This document shows positions 49,086 to 61,024 of a DNA stretch of 64,000 nt, one piece after another. The translations under genes and the position numbers were made by a program. Where the stretch lies: assembly GCA_009914755.4 (NCBI GenBank), contig CP068257.2, positions 34,080,001-34,144,000 on the forward strand. Reading direction: 5' to 3'. This DNA is from the human T2T-CHM13v2.0 reference genome, Homo sapiens. The notes beneath the pieces are model-generated. The model did no database searches. It was not told the origin of the DNA and saw only the letters and a list, made by a program, of their open reading frames with translations. Each line of letters begins with the position of its first letter. The first letter of the stretch is position 1.

Positions 49086-52000
49086 TCACCACCCATTTTT
49101 ATACTAAATATGGGCATGCTCAGCCCTTGGTCATGTTCACTAGTGGGTGTGTGATTTAGTGTGGTAATGAGCATATAATTAGGTATGAGGTAGGGCATAC
49201 GGGCAAATCCAATGCCATGTTGGATCTAGCCAGGTTCAACCAGCTTAGCCCTCACCCTGCTTGTGAGGGTCTTATCAGCCCAAGCTCATCCTTGTCCTTG
49301 TAGCTAATTCTAACAGCTCCTTTCTTGCTGCTGTGTGAAATTGCTGCTTGATATTTTCCCACTTCTCTGGTGACCACCCAGCATTCTTATTTTATGGGTG
49401 TTTCTTTAATTAGGAAATGGAATAATCATTAGATATTCTGGAAAAAGAGGGAATTTCAGGGACCCCTGTTTACCAATCCCTTTCTCCCTTATTTGGATTT
49501 GCCTGGAAGAGACACGGACCTGTCACCCTGACCAGGGTTTTGGCCATTTTCTCTCCCTTATTTTGGGTTTTCTGTTATCCTGCAGCTTCTTTGGCTATTA
49601 GAAATGTGTTTCAACAGTCTAAACTAGAACTAAGTATAACGTGATAATGCCCCAAAAGTAGAGTGTTGGGGACGGAGAAGACCGATGCAAATAATGATGA
49701 TAACTTTAATGATAAATTAGTGGTGCATATGTGTAACAGACACATCTAAACTGAGTTAATGTGGAGACAAGGTAGAGAGATGTTGCCTCCAGTCTTGAAG
49801 CCCATCCAGCCAGTTTCTGTTGCAAAAAAAGTCCTCAGTCAAGTTAAATGAAGGAATGAAAATGAGATGAGAAGAGAGATGGCAGCACCAATTCTCCTCC
49901 TTCTTCTCTTCCAGTCTTAACATTCTGCACCCCATTCCTTGTTATTTATTTTCAAGGAAAACTTGAATTTTGAATAGCCAAGTTTTCTTTGCTTACCATG
50001 CACATTAAGGTATGACTCTGGGCAGCCCAGGACAATAGCTCCGAATCCTGTGCTTTCCAGTGCCTTAGAGAAACACACACTGGACCTCCATGGATACAAT
50101 GGGAAAACAGCAGGATTGAGAGCAGGTCCAGACTGCCATAGTCTCAAGGCTCTGCTTCTAAGATCTGCAGAATCACACAGGGAAACGCTATGGGACTCTA
50201 AGGCTTCATGATACTCCTGACTGGGAAGCCAAACTCTCCTCCTGATCAGACTCAGGTCACCTCCTGTAGCCACTCTCAGCATTCCAGTACAATTCCCACT
50301 ACAGAAGCACACCTCACTAGAGCAACAGAGAACTTAGCCCTTCCCAGAACACAAGAATCTGAGGACAAGTTCACTCCTCAGATGTGTTGATCTAAGGCAA
50401 AACATTGTCTGTGCGCCCCCCAATGCACACTCCTCACCACCATCTCATTTTTTATTTTGGTGTGTCTCAAAGAAAAATTTAACCTCAATGGCACCTGTGA
50501 AGAAGAAGAAAAGTCACAAGTGGAAGGAGTGGAAGTAGGAAAAAAATGGAATAGAAATGGTAGCTCAAAGACGCATGAATGAGCCCTAAATTAATTTTCA
50601 CATTAGCTGGAGCACCACGCATTTATAGAGTTACAACCCATCCACCAGCAGCAACACGGGGCTCCACTGCCTCCCCAGGGTAATATCATCTATTTACCAT
50701 GACAAAAAGATCTGTCTCAAACAAGGAGCTAGTTTGGATGTTAGTCACTTCCAAATATCAGTTTGATAGCATTATAATGGACTAAGTGTTGATTTCAGCT
50801 CATTGGTAAACCGAACACTTCATAGAGTCATTTGAAACAGAAAAATTAAGCAGGTAAATGTTGGGATAAAAAAAAAATTAACAAATCTTCAAATAGGAAA
50901 TGCATTTATTAAATTAATTGCGTAGGAAAATGACAGAAAAGGTAGGAAGAGAGAAAGGACATTTCCCTAGACACAAAATGTCTTAGAGGCCTGGAGCAGG
51001 ACACTCGAGCCTAAAATAACTCTCGATTCCTTAGGTTCCATGTCTTTTAGCAGAAGCTAACTTTTCTGGCTCAGAGTGTATAACTGAACTCCAGTGTGAA
51101 ATATTGAAAGAAAATGACTACAGAGGACCTATTTAGACATTCCTGGCAAGAGCCAGGTTAGAGGAGAGGAGGGAAAGGGCTGTTTATCTTGACAGAGGAT
51201 TTCCTTACCAGAACATGGAAAACATTCTTTTTGTCAAATATGGTTAATAGTCACCCAGTAACACAAAGAGCAGTTTCAGTAGCTTAACATCAACATGGGG
51301 TGACTGGGAAAGCTGACCGTGCCCCAGCAGATGGAACATGTGCTAACTCACAGCCATGTCTTGGATGGGGACAGTGTTGTTGATGAGTGCATAGGAAAAA
51401 TATCATTAGCTAGTACACTTTCCACCAAGGAAAATGTTGTCACCTACTTACTAGGTAATGTAGACATGCCCAACCAAAAATGAGGCAAGCAGCAATATTA
51501 ACACATCCTCAAAATGCCTTGAAAGACCCGGCTGCCTTTTCAAATAGGAAGAACAGAGGATGCCCTCACACATACAACTTCCCCATTCTGATGGGAATGA
51601 CTGACTTTTTGTAGCATTGCAACCAACTCCCTCGCTAAGCTCTGTGGGTATTTCCCCTGGAGGTTGAGGCCTCTGAACAGAACATCTGTGATGAGAACAG
51701 TATGGAGTAATGGAAACATCTTGGATTTTAGACTTGGTTATGTAGCTTCTAGCCCTGAGTCTGCCACTGACTGGGTTTTCTGAAACAATTCAGAGTCTCT
51801 CTGGGCCACAGTTTCCTGAAAACCTTCTCAATTCCAATATGTAAAAAGACAGTCACAGAGATAGAAACCCTCTTAAAGGTTATGTATATTAGAGATAAAG
51901 CCCTGAGCTAACCTTCTAGTTTCAAGTCAAATATCAATATTAAGGTTTGGTTTTGTTTTCAAAGACATCCAACATTTTTGTTTCATTCTTCAGGTTTCAG

Positions 52001-52997
52001 AATTAGCTCAAGGAACTTTTATATGTGGTTCATCGTATTTGCTCTTTCCTCCATCCACACCTCTTAAGGCACAGTTTTCTGTATCTTCTCTCTACATGAC
52101 CCCAAATTAAATAAATAAATAAATATGAATTTTGTTCTCAAATTCTTTGACATTCTAATTATCTAAAATGCTCTTCTTTTATACCTGAGGTTTTTTTTAA
52201 AAAAAAGGGTCATTACTACTTCTTACTTGAGAATTATGCAAATTTGGGGAGAGATTTTATATTTTTTTCTGCAAATAAGAATAAGAATATTGTGATGTGT
52301 GTGGTGTGCTTATTTCCCTGAGAATCTGAGCAATTATGAGTTCATTTTGAGTTTTTTCATTCAAATAACAAAAGCTGGAAGCAGTAAACTCTAAAACCAG
52401 AAAAGTACTTGGGAATATCATGAGCTTGTGTTTGGTTTAGTAGACTGCAATATGGTCAATATACTTTGTATCTGTTCCCATCAAGAGACTGAGTCTATTT
52501 CCCTGTCTCTTTAATCTAGCCGTGTGTCTTGCTCTCGCAAATAAAAGGCAGCAGAAGTGCTATTTGGCCACTTCTCATGGGAACTTCTCAGCTTTGTCCT
52601 CTAGAGGTCTTGTAGATACTGTCTGATGCTTTAACAATCCTGCCACCACCTGAACAAGCCCCTAATAGCTTACTGAAAGATGAGAGACCTTTGGCAGTCA
52701 CTCCCTCACCTCAGCCTCTAACCAACCAACTACCAATCGAGTGAATGAAGCTACTGGGACTGGCCAGCACAAGCTGACCCACAAAATGACCACACACTCA
52801 CAAGCAAGCCCAGCCAACATCAGCTGAGCTCAAATCAGACCAAAAGAACCACCTAGCAGAATCATAAGCTAACCAAATGGTTGTTGTTTGAAGCCATTTG
52901 ATTTTGGGATTGTTTCTTATGCAGCAAATACTAACTGATACACCCAGTTTGTTTTTAACAAAGGCTAATCTAAGCATCATTCTGCATTATGTTTTAT

Positions 52998-53131
52998 TTA
53001 TTTATTTATTTAGAGATAGGGTCTCGCTATCTGGGCAATAGCCCAGCGTGGTCTTGAAATGCTGATCTCAAGCCAGCCTCCTACCTCAACCTCCTGAAGT
53101 ATAAGATTACAGACAAGTCACCACGCCCAGC
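52998..53131 (-). mobile_element. Free left Alu monomer (FLAM-like), minus orientation, with a perfect 15-bp TSD
   Basis: A (TTTA)n tail is followed by 'gagatagggtctcgctatctgggcaatagcccagcgtggtcttgaaatgctgatctcaagccagcctcctacctcaacctcctgaagtataagattacagacaagtcaccacgcccagcc'. This is a single ~134-bp monomer. Its reverse complement resembles FLAM 'ggc.gggcgtggtg...gaggctggcttgagatcag.atttcaagaccacgctgggc.at.gcccagatagcgagaccctatctc'. TSD 'ctgcattatgtttta' lies at 52983-52997 and 53132-53146. Confidence 0.75.
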
Positions 53132-53344
53132 CTGCATTATGTTTTAGATAATATAAAGTAAGTAGTATGTTCTCAGTAACCCCCTTTTATCTTGCCTTTT
53201 CTTTGCCCTCAGCACACAGCACTCTCTCCAGATACTGCCATATTCTGCCATCCTCAGTATTCCTGTCCCAAGAGAAACTATTTAATAAAATCGATTTGAG
53301 CAAATACATGAACAGATAGAGTATTTTCAGATGCATTATCTCAT

Positions 53345-53480
53345 TATATTTCATTTTATTTTCACAACAACCCATGAAGTGATAAACATCATTCCCATTT
53401 TACAGATAAGGAAACCGCAGCTCAGAAAGGAAAAAGCTTGTCCATGGCCACTAAACTAGTAAGCAGTCTCTCACCTCCAA
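53345..53480 (-). mobile_element. MIR SINE fragment (minus orientation)
   Basis: 'ttcacaacaacccatgaagtgataaacatcattcccattttacagataaggaaaccgcagctcagaaaggaaaaagcttgtccatggccactaaactagtaagcagtctctcacctccaaacc'. Confidence 0.75.
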
Positions 53481-53872
53481 ACCTTATAGTTCCCTACCCA
53501 TCACACTTCCACCTCAAGTTTCTCTCCATCTAAGATACTGGCATTTCAAAAGAAAAGAATTTGCATTCCTGGAGGAGAGGCTCCTTGCCACCAACCCTAT
53601 TGAAAATTCATACATTAATAGTAGATTACAGAAAACATTTTGGAGAGGTCATTCCTGATGTTCCTCAAATTACAATTTATATTCCTCAAATGTAAAAGAG
53701 TGCAAGCTCCTCCTCTGTCAGAGACCCAAAGAAAGGAATCCATTTAAGCAGTATGTCCTTTAGTTACACACTCAGAATATGACTGTGCACCACTGTTTGA
53801 CTGAAGGATAATTTAAGGACATTTCTTTAAGGATGTCATTATTGCCTCCATTTAATGACTGTTAGCCTAAGC

Positions 53873-54086
53873 CTGTGGTTCTCAAAGTGTGGATCTAGGA
53901 CCAACAGCATCAGCTCCACCTGGAAACTTTTGAAACTACAAGTTCTAAGGCCCCACCCCAGGCCCACTGAATCAAACCTCTGGAGATGGGGTTGAGCTGT
54001 GTGTTTTTTAACAAGCCCTCCACATTACTAGGAAGCATGCTTAGAAGTGAGGAGTGAGAACTCCATGACAATTGCTCAATCCACTG
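53873..54086 (+). mobile_element. hAT-Charlie non-autonomous DNA transposon (MER5-like MITE)
   Basis: 'ctgtggttctcaaagtgtggatctaggaccaacagcatcagctccacctggaaacttttgaaactacaagttctaaggccccaccccaggcccactgaatcaaacctctggagatggggttgagctgtgtgttttttaacaagccctccac...' matches the MER5 consensus 'cagtggttctcaaagtgtggtccctggaccagcagcatcagcatcacctgggaacttgttagaaatgcagattctcaggccccaccccagacctactgaatcagaaactctgggggtggggcccagcaatctgtgttttaacaagccctcc'. The family name is from memory. Confidence 0.6.
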
Positions 54087-54098
54087 ACTTCATAGAGT

Positions 54099-54313
54099 AG
54101 GGGCTGGTAAACTGCAGCCCATGGGCCAAGTCCAGCCAGCCACCTGCTTTTTGTAAATAAAGTTTTATTGGCACACAGAAGTCAGTTTGCTTCCATACCA
54201 CACCACAAGAGCAAAGTTAAGAAGTTGAGACTGAGACCATATGGTCCACAAAAGCAAAAATAGTTACAATCTGGCCCTTTACAGAAAGAGTTTATCAACT
54301 GCTGTCCTGGGGG
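54099..54313. mobile_element. Palindromic MITE-type DNA transposon (termini 'aggggctggtaaact...agtttatcaact..cctgggggt'), next to the MER5-like element
   Basis: 'aggggctggtaaactgcagcccatgggccaagtccagccagccacctgctttttgtaaataaagttttattggcacacag ... ccatatggtccacaaaagcaaaaatagttacaatctggccctttacagaaagagtttatcaactgctgtcctggggg' resembles a widespread ~230-bp mammalian MITE of the form 'ggggctggcaaactgcggcccatgggccaaatccggcc...tttgtaaataaagttttattggaacacagcc...ctggccctttacagaaaaagtttgccgacccctg'. I cannot name it. Confidence 0.55.
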
Positions 54314-55470
54314 TTGACTACATTCAGGTGCAATGGATAAGAACATAGGTTTTATATTCAGACAATATAAGGTTTAATACCAATCTTCACAATTTACTAA
54401 GTGGCCTACCATGAGAAGTTTCTTAATTGCTCTAAGTAGGACTGCATTTCTTCCTCCTCTATACACTGGAGACAGTCAACTTGTAAGGTTGTTGAAAAGA
54501 TGAGATGAGATTGTGTGTATGAAGTGCTGAACAAAGAACATACTGCAGATTCAATGAGTGGCTTTGCACTCATCTCTGTAAATAAACACAGTATCTATCT
54601 CCTTAAGGCATCATGTGAACAACCGGAAAGCTGTGCATTTGGAGTGGATGCTGGGATGCACCCACCTCAGATCCCCTTCAATAAAGGACTAGTAGCCCCA
54701 GCTGCAGTCAGTGTCCACAGAAGCCTTCAGTTCCCAGGGCCTGCAGGAGTGGCCTCAGAGGCCTCAGTCATGCCCTTCCTGATTGATTGGGAAGGAGTAT
54801 AAAAGCCTGGCCATCTTAGCTCCAGTCAGAACTCTGAGGTTCATTTGAGCTCCAGAGTCCCCTGTGGGGCTGACTGAGGCTGCAACTCAACTTCTTTCCT
54901 GCCCACTCCTGCCCCCATCCAACAGGTGTTGCTTCCAGCCCGAGGACTCTCCCCAGTGAACGTGCTGCATGCCAAGGTCTGCCCTCTTAGTGAGCCCAAC
55001 CATGACATCTCAAGACTTGGAGAAAATGTCTAGAACTGTCTGACATAAAATGCCATGATATTCCCATGGCAATAAGCCTCGAAGATAAAGGTCTAGGAAA
55101 GTGGGGAGAGGTTTTTGAGAATTTCCACTGGAGGGTGCTGTCTTTGGTGGACAAAGTTATATTTCCATGGTGGTAGTAGTTGCAATAAGAAAAACCTGAG
55201 TTCTCTGGTGCACCGATTACGGAGATGTTTAAACTCATCTTTATAGCTCAGTGCCCTGGGCAGCTACCCAGCTGGCCCATCCCATAACCCATCTCTGATT
55301 CCAAAAGCTCCTTCAAGTCTTGGTAGATAGGAAACAGGGCATCAAAATGACACCTAAGTCCAGCCCAAGGAAAACACTAGGTTGTTGCAGAGGAGAAGCA
55401 GCAACCAGGGTAGATGCTGAGTAAAGACCTTCTGATGTGTAACCAGGCTTATCCCCAGAAAGGGGGTTAA

Positions 55471-55520
55471 GTGTGATGGTGATAACCCCACTAGTGTGGG
55501 GTTATCAGCATCACACTAGT
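55471..55520. repeat. Near-perfect inverted repeat (hairpin/cruciform-capable), ~20-bp arms around a 6-bp centre 'ctagtg'
   Basis: The left arm is 'gtgtgatggtgataacccca', the centre is 'ctagtg', and the right arm is 'tggggttatcagcatcacac'. The reverse complement of the right arm is 'gtgtgatgctgataacccca', with a 1-nt bulge and 1 mismatch. Confidence 0.85.
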
Positions 55521-55558
55521 GCCCACCTGGGTGGACTTTCGGTAGACAATCTCCATTT

Positions 55559-55775
55559 TAAAAAAGAAGAAAAAGAAGGAGAAGAAGAGGAAAAAGGAAG
55601 AGGAGTACCAGAAGGAGAAGGAAAAGAAGAAGAAATGGAGATAAGGAAGAAAAAAAGAAGGAAAAGAGGAAGGAACTAGGAAGGGAAGGTGGGGAAAAGG
55701 AAGAAAGGGGAAAGATAGGGAAGGAGGGAGAGAAGACGTGAGGGAATGGGGAGAGAGGAAAAAAAGTAGAGCTTC
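55559..55775 (+). repeat. Purine-rich (GA/GGAA/GAAA-type) low-complexity tract, ~215 bp
   Basis: 'aaaaaagaagaaaaagaaggagaagaagaggaaaaaggaagaggag...ggaagggaaggtggggaaaaggaagaaaggggaaagatagggaaggagggagagaag'. Confidence 0.9.
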
Positions 55776-56589
55776 TATTCATAATGGTCAAACTATCAAA
55801 ATGCCCATCAACAACAGAATGTAAACTTCATCAAGCTGTACACTTAGGATATATCCATGGCCACTTTTCTGTATTGTGTTATATATCAACTGAAACTGCT
55901 AAAAGGAAGAGTTCTCACTGGCTCCGTATGCCCCAAAAACAGCAAGTAAAAGCTGAGGCTTATGGAAATTAATCCTGAAATTAGACCTCCAGGATAATTC
56001 ATGGGGTAAAAAAAACAGAAAAATGCTTCAAAAACACCTAATTGAAGCCTGGTGACTTTGTCTACAAAGAAACACACTATTTTCATCACTAGAAGTAAGC
56101 TTTTATTCCAGATTCTTTCAATATGCACATTTGCAAAACTGTGGCTTATTTCTCCAAAGGCCTTACTAAATGCCCCACTGTTTACTAAAGAGCCAGTCTT
56201 GAAGAGCAAGGGAAAGTTTACAAGCTGCTAATGAGGGCTTAGCACCCTGGGAAGGACAAATAGCTCTACTCAGCAGCTCCACAGAGGGAAATGAGCCCCT
56301 GTGCCTGACAGGTGCCAGCCAGGAAGCGCAGTCCTGCATTGATTGCTAGGTAGCTAGAGCAGAAGGAGGTCTGGGTGAATTATCATTTCATTGACTCGGT
56401 GCAAAAGGTATACTGAGCTTAGGTCACTGGGTTCTCCACAAGCCAAGGCAGATAACAAGAAAACAACACACCATAGTAATAGCTTGATTATAACTGCTCT
56501 ATGCCACTTTTCCTTTTGACTTAAGGGAAATTGTCTTTGCAGGGAAATTAAGGGGAAGGGACACAAGGAAGACTGAGTCCCATTTATTT

Positions 56590-57200
56590 GCTTGTTTCAC
56601 ACATTCAGCCAACAAAATTTTTATCAAGTACCAACTTTGCACCAGACACTCCTATAAATGCTGCATTTGCAACATTGAACAAGATCTTCAAAGTCCTTTC
56701 CCACGTGGAGTTGATATTCTGGTGGGTGAAACCAAAACACAAATAATCAAATAAATACCTAGTATAACATCAGGTGGGAATAAGAGATAGATCTGGTTGG
56801 GAGCTGTTGCTTTACAAAAGGGCATCTCATAAATCTCTCTCGAAGGAGGGGGCATTTGCTATATAGGCCAGAGTAATACATCCCTATTTTTTCTTACATT
56901 ATTGAAAATTATTGGAAGGCTATAAGCAATGGAATGATATCATCTGATTATGCTTGTTAAGACTCACTCTGGCTGCCTGTAGATGCATTTTAGGACAAGA
57001 GTAGAAGCCTAGAGCTATGGGAAAAAGAGATGGTAGAGATCAGAGAAGTATATACAGATTTGCAATGTTTTGGAGGCTGAAGCAAAAGGATCACTAACAG
57101 CTTGAGTAGAGGTTTTGAGGGAGAGAAGGAAATCAAGGAGAACAGCCACTTTTTGGCTTGAGCTGAAGTGGTTAGCGGTACCATTTACTAGAACATTCCT
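56590..57200 (+). mobile_element. Old mammalian interspersed repeat (family uncertain, a 'ttatcaagtaccaactttgcaccagacactc...' type element)
   Basis: 'atttttatcaagtaccaactttgcaccagacactcctataaatgctgcatttgcaacattgaacaagatcttcaaagtcctttcccacgtggagttgatattctggtgggtgaaaccaaaacacaaataatcaaataaatacc ... gtgggaataagagatag ... gggcatttgctatataggccagag' parallels a common repeat consensus of the form 'tatttattgagcacctactatgtgccaggcactgtgctaggtgctggg...cctgccctcatggagcttacattctagtggg...gacaataaacaaataaa...'. Confidence 0.4.
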
Positions 57201-60200
57201 GCCTCTTGATCCCCATGATAAAAAGAACTTTTCATCTATGGAATGTCTCTGTCACTATTGTCTAGAGAAGATAGAACTGGCTTGGACATATTCCTAAGAA
57301 GCAAGAAATGGCAGCCTCGTTATTTTTCAGCCCTTGTAGGCTGTAACTTTGGGAGCACACAATTCATAAATAAATTCCAAGTACCTTATTTATCTCTTTT
57401 TTTCCACTTGATTGAAATCCTGGGCATTGACTTCTACTAGGATGATGAATTTGGCTAGAACTTTGTCACATTCATTCAAGACTAATATGGTGTTATCTAG
57501 TACAAGAAACAGATGAGAAATCATTCCTGTAGGACTGAAGCTCAGACACGGCGCAAAGGAAACACATGAGACATAAGGAAATCATTGGAACACAGACATT
57601 AGACAGTCTTGTGCTGAATTAGACAATGTCTTAGTTCACCCAAAATGTAGTATTTATAGGCATGGCAAGGAATTGGGAATTAACTTGGGCCCACAGTGGT
57701 TGTGTTTCAAAGGTGAATTTTCTTAGCACTATTCAAGAGCATTGAACTTTGCATAAGCAACTAATCAACCTAGGAAAAGCATCCAGCCAACAAGTATTTT
57801 TTGAGACATTTTTGTCTTCCAAGTACCAAGAAGAGTACAGTAGGGATCCAAATAAACCAGCTCAGCTCCTTGATGAACCAGGGGTCTAAAGGGAAAGTTA
57901 GCACTGGCAAGGTGATTCTAAATCATGAAATACTTGCAAGGAGAAGTACAGAATGCTATGGGAGCACATACCGGGAGACCAACCCGGTGCAGGGAGTCGT
58001 GCTGAGATAGGACAGGTGTCAACAAGGCAAAGAGAAAGCAGACACCTCAAACAGAGCCAACAGTCAGGAAGCGGAAAAGAGTGTGGCGAGGAACTCTGAG
58101 GAGTGGGGCATAGTTATCTAGAGGAGAGGGCTTAGAAGAGAAGGGTGGACAAAGAGGCAGGAGAGGCCGGCAAGGGCCGGATCAGGCGACTAAGGCCTGA
58201 TAAACCACACCTGTTGTTTATTCTAAAGGCAGTGAGAAGCCACTAAGTGGCCATAAGTAGAGGAATCAAGGGCTGGGTTTTTAAAGATCACTCTGGCAGC
58301 AGGATAGGAAGGGATGGCCTAGGACAAGTGTGTTCATGGCAAGAGAGGGAGGAGGCTTGATGAGGCAGGGGCAGGGGTGGGGAACTGCAAGAGTTGCTTA
58401 GGCAGTAGCATGATGGATAGGCGTGTGCCATGCACAGAGTGGGGCAGAGGTGGGAGCTGCGGCAGGCAAGGAGGCAGCAGGGTCACCAGGATTCCCGGGT
58501 TTCAAGCCAGAGCATTTTACTAACATGGAAAACTCCAGAAGTTTGCATGAGTCTGTCCATTCAGTTCCAGTTTCCACCCTAGGTAATAAGAATGCAGTCT
58601 AGAAGAAAATGTAGAATGAAAGTCAAAGGAACCAAAGGAACAGAGAGAGGATCCAAGAGCCTAACAGAAACAGAAAGTAAGAGAGAAGGGAAAACACGTA
58701 ACCAAAAACATATATAATGAAGCCCCCGCCGCCAACACCCCCGCCACCTGACAAAAGGAGAGGAATTAACAGCATATAGGACTCAGCAGGGTTGAGAGAA
58801 GCAAGTGTAGCAACTGCCTGGCCTGTGATTTCTGGATGGCTAGAAGGTACACAGTTATTCTAGCTTGGGGCCCACAGAGATAAGGCAAAGGCCAGTAGAG
58901 AAAAAAAGATACCAGCTGTGTGGAGATGGAAAGGAATCTTCCACCCCACGGAGTGAAGTCTTAAACCATGCATGAGAAGGCTGGATATAGAAGCTGGAAC
59001 ACCACATTTGTACCCTCTTTTGCCCATTCTTGGATAGAAATGAAAATATCAGTGATTGGCCCTGAAATGCAAAGGTTTTGTAAAAAGGATGGTGTCCAGG
59101 GACTCTCAGTGCACAGTTAAAGGCTTCTTGTTTAATGGCTGACATGTAAGATGTCTAATATTTTCCGCTCACTTAACCTCTTATTCTGAGAATGGACCGA
59201 TTGTCCAAGATTGCAGACATGCTCAGGAGTGCTGGCAAAGGGCTAAAATGTCTTCTGTAAGACTCCATGGAACTATTTCCCAGGAGAATTCATGAAAAAT
59301 GTTACAGATGATGTGTTACACCTCGAATGAATCTCTTTGTCCCACAAGTGTGTTTCTCCACTGCTTTGGAGAATCTCCCAGATAGAGAGAAAATGGGAAT
59401 TAATTTATTCCAAGAGACCCTATTGTTTAATGACACATACAGTAAGAGATCCAGAATCACAATCACCCAAACCACGCAAGCAATGGCAAGTGCTCTAAAG
59501 AAAGATGGGGACATCCAAATGGTAGGTAAAGCTTTTCAGCAAAGACACTGGAGAAGGGAATCCAATGAACTAAAACTCTGCAATGTTAACTGAGGGTTTC
59601 CCCTTGCATTTCCGAGAACGATGGAAATTCTCCCTGCCTTCCCCAACTCAGAGTCAGTAATATGCAGTCATTGAGTCAGGGAAGGTACATTACAGTAGGA
59701 AAATGAGAAAAAAAAAGACTTGAATGAAACTTTGAATATGGCTTTCCTTGTTCAGAATCACAGTCTTCATCTTTCCAGAGACTAAGATTTTAAGCTTGAA
59801 TCGCCCACGTTCTAAATCCTTCAGGAAATAAAGCCCAGTTTGTTTATTTCTCAGGGTCCCAGGCAGAGAAATCAAGTGAATCCTGCTTCTCAGTTCTTAG
59901 CTGTTTATTGCTAGCATCAGCCTGTGCAAAACTCCTCTCTGGTTTTATTTTTTCCCCTTTGATCTGTAATCCCCACTCCATTCCCTAGAGCCCTGCAGGT
60001 AACCCACTCTGGAGGGTCTGTTTATCCCTAAATATGCATATGTCCTTGTAAAATATCCAGAGCCATTATGTGTATGTTTAACTAATTAATCATAAATTAT
60101 TAATAATAATCTATCCACATTGCCATGTTTACATCTATATTGTGGCTGCTCTCTGCAACCATACACACACAAAAATAAACCCTCAGGGCATCAGATTTAT

Positions 60201-61024
60201 ACAACAAACAAGATTGGGGATAAAAATGAATTATGAGCTATGAGCCAGATTGTCTTGTCCCAGATAGGACATCCCTTCTGTGTGCTGCCAGTGCCGTTCT
60301 CTGTTCTGGGAGAAGGGAACACAAGAATCCAAGGGGAAGAAAACAGTTAAGACATCAATGAGAGTCCTGAGAGAGAAGATCCTTGCCCTGTCTCCAAGAC
60401 CAAGACCGGGGGTTCACAAGAGAATTCCAGGTAGGTCCAGAGAATGAGAGGTCCTTTTCCATGTATGAAGTTTGTGAACAAGGAGCAAGACCTCAAAGTT
60501 TTCTCATGCCTCACTCAGTATAGCAATGGGAGGAATGTCTGCATGTGATGCCTTGGGCCCCCTGAGCCCCAATGTCCATGCAGGATGCAGCCTGCTGCGA
60601 CTTTGCCTTCACTGGGTCAGCCTTGCAGGTTGGGTGGGGCAGGCAGATGTAGCATCAAACACCTGACAATGACCCTGGCCCAGCAGCTTCGTGCCTATGG
60701 TGTCTTGGCTCTCTGTAGCCCCCAGGATGAGGATGAAGCCACAGGGAAAAAGGGAAAGACCATGAATTCACAGAAATTTAGTTTCTAACATCCACCAGAA
60801 TGGAGAGTCAGTAAAAATTAGGTCATAATAGAAATATGAAAAGATTACATTTTGTGCACAACTGATTTGTTTTGTACCTACTACACACCTCCCTCCTTCC
60901 CCAGGGTCATGGGGCTTTTTGTTTTAATTAGAAAATTAAAAAATATTCTAAATCTGGAATAGTGCAGGTCCTAGAAATTCTGGATACGTGATCTTCTGTA
61001 TACAATAAAATGTAAGTTTAAAGG

